A stretch of DNA of 63,916 nt, filler included, from Basidioascus undulatus (lineage: Eukaryota): NCBI GenBank assembly GCA_000826855.1. It is 3 parts of 3 records of this genome, joined end to end, with 100 filler letters (N's around TTAATTAATTAA, not from the genome) between each part and the next. Parts side by side here need not be neighbours in the genome. Positions count along the whole stretch, not along the records: positions 42,822 to 63,916 come from JTLS01000342.1; 2 more parts are not named here. One strand, 5' to 3'. This document shows positions 62,826 to 63,916 of this stretch, in pieces. Both the position numbers and the translations under genes were made by a program. The notes below the pieces were generated by a model, which searched no databases, was not told the origin of the DNA, and saw only the letters and a list, made by a program, of their open reading frames with translations. Every line of letters starts with the position of its first letter. The stretch's first letter is position 1.

Positions 62826-63584
62826 CTAAGTCCATATCCGAATCCCGCCCTCTCCCTCCCCACTCCCAATCTCCCTCCCACACACCTCAACCGGACAAAC
62901 AAACTTCCACCTTTCCTCCTTCCTCGCCTTGCCCTTGCCCTTGCCCTTCCTCGTCCTTCCGGCGACGTTCACCTCCCACCTTTCCGCGCCCTGCACCAGC
63001 TTATCATAAGTCTCCCCATCCACCAAATGCCCACACCGCAGCGCCATCACTCTCCTAGGCCCGTCCGCGCCCATGAGCAGCGTGCGACCGCTCGGGGGGT
63101 CGACCAGCTCGCCCCCGCCGGCTGTGCCGGATTCGAAGGAGGATGTGAAGCCTGGCCATTTTTTGAAGTGCGAGAGGGAGGAGGAGTAGGGCGGCTTGGT
63201 GCGCGCGGAGGCGGGAGGGGGGTGGATGGCGCCGCCAAGGCCCATGCCCGCCATGCCCATGCCCGTGGGGAAGAGCCCCATGGTGGCTAGCATGGCGCGC
63301 GCGGGCCCCACGCCGCGCGAGAAGACCGCGTCGAGGGGTGTGCGACGCGCGCGGTTCGGGGGGTAGGAGGCGTCGTGGATGCGGAGGTTGTTGTTGGCTG
63401 ATCGGGCCGAGGCGGGAGCGGGATCAGCCGGGCCGGTTGAGGGGCAAGCGCGCAGGTGGGGGGAGGACGGAGATGGGGAAGGGAAAGTTGGCGTCAGTGA
63501 GATTTCTGGCTTGGGCGCAGGTTGTCGGAAGGAATCCTCCAGCCAGATCCGAGGCCTCATCGACTCCATCCGCATCCTCCCCAA
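62826..63584 (-). CDS. C-terminal part of a RING-like protein (Slx5/Rfp-like STUbL partner type); probably a fragment
   Basis: KPPY...PGFTSSF...RRVMALRCGHLVDG...WKFVCPVEVCGR matches the fungal PGFT...CGH...CPV.C pattern. The first Cys pair and other ligands are absent, and the 5' region is not evident. Confidence 0.45.
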   Translation of the reverse strand: MGRMRMESMRPRIWLEDSFRQPAPKPEISLTPTFPSPSPSSPHLRACPSTGPADPAPASARSANNNLRIHDASYPPNRARRTPLDAVFSRGVGPARAMLATMGLFPTGMGMAGMGLGGAIHPPPASARTKPPYSSSLSHFKKWPGFTSSFESGTAGGGELVDPPSGRTLLMGADGPRRVMALRCGHLVDGETYDKLVQGAERWEVNVAGRTRKGKGKGKARKEERWKFVCPVEVCGREIGSGEGEGGIRIWT

Positions 63585-63916
63585 ATGCCATCTAGAAATA
63601 CCATCGACGCCATTGCAACATGCGTGCTCACCGTGTGCGATGGGTTACACCAGAGGTGATGATGGAAGACGCCAAACCTGGGTCGCACAACATCCAGCGG
63701 CCCAACTTTCCATCGCGCTCCCTAGTACATAGTATAGTCGAACTGGCCTGAATGGAACGTCACCGCGCCCTTATCCTTCATCTACATCCGCAATACCTCC
63801 TGTAAGTTTTCTGATTTTTCTGCTCTTCCTGACCTCAACCACATTCTTCTCACAATGGAATATCTGCATACCTCTCCCAGAGATACATTCTATAGAATTA
63901 AACATGGTCGTACGTA

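Overview
Intron-rich, high-GC fungal nuclear DNA, most likely a basidiomycete yeast of the Pucciniomycotina type (short introns, many microexons, F-box/LRR orphan genes). The window is not one locus. It is three contigs of near-equal length (1-21330, 21431-42721, 42822-63916) joined by artificial N44-TTAATTAATTAA-N44 linkers. Apparently intact genes: JmjC oxygenase, Sut1-like alpha-glucoside/sucrose permease, ArAE_2/FUSC-type membrane protein, Bsc6-like MFS transporter, SEC24 (Sfb3/Lst1 type), copper amine oxidase, COX10 and an intron-containing tRNA-Pro(AGG). A lipase, QCR7 and TSC2 are cut by contig ends. Many accessory genes are broken: a Pca1-type P1B ATPase, amidase, two F-box/LRR genes, a UPF0658 membrane protein, a CE8 pectin methylesterase and a DUF6535 gene. 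The most striking unexplained structure is a ~1 kb non-coding array at 48130-49160. It carries a 14-bp palindromic GTGC-N6-GCAC motif about every 37 bp, organised into ~340-360 bp higher-order units, between TSC2 and the tRNA. A second palindromic 17-bp array (GACA-N6-TGTC) lies in CpG-depleted DNA at 40931-41100. All family calls come from motif recognition by eye; no database searches were run.
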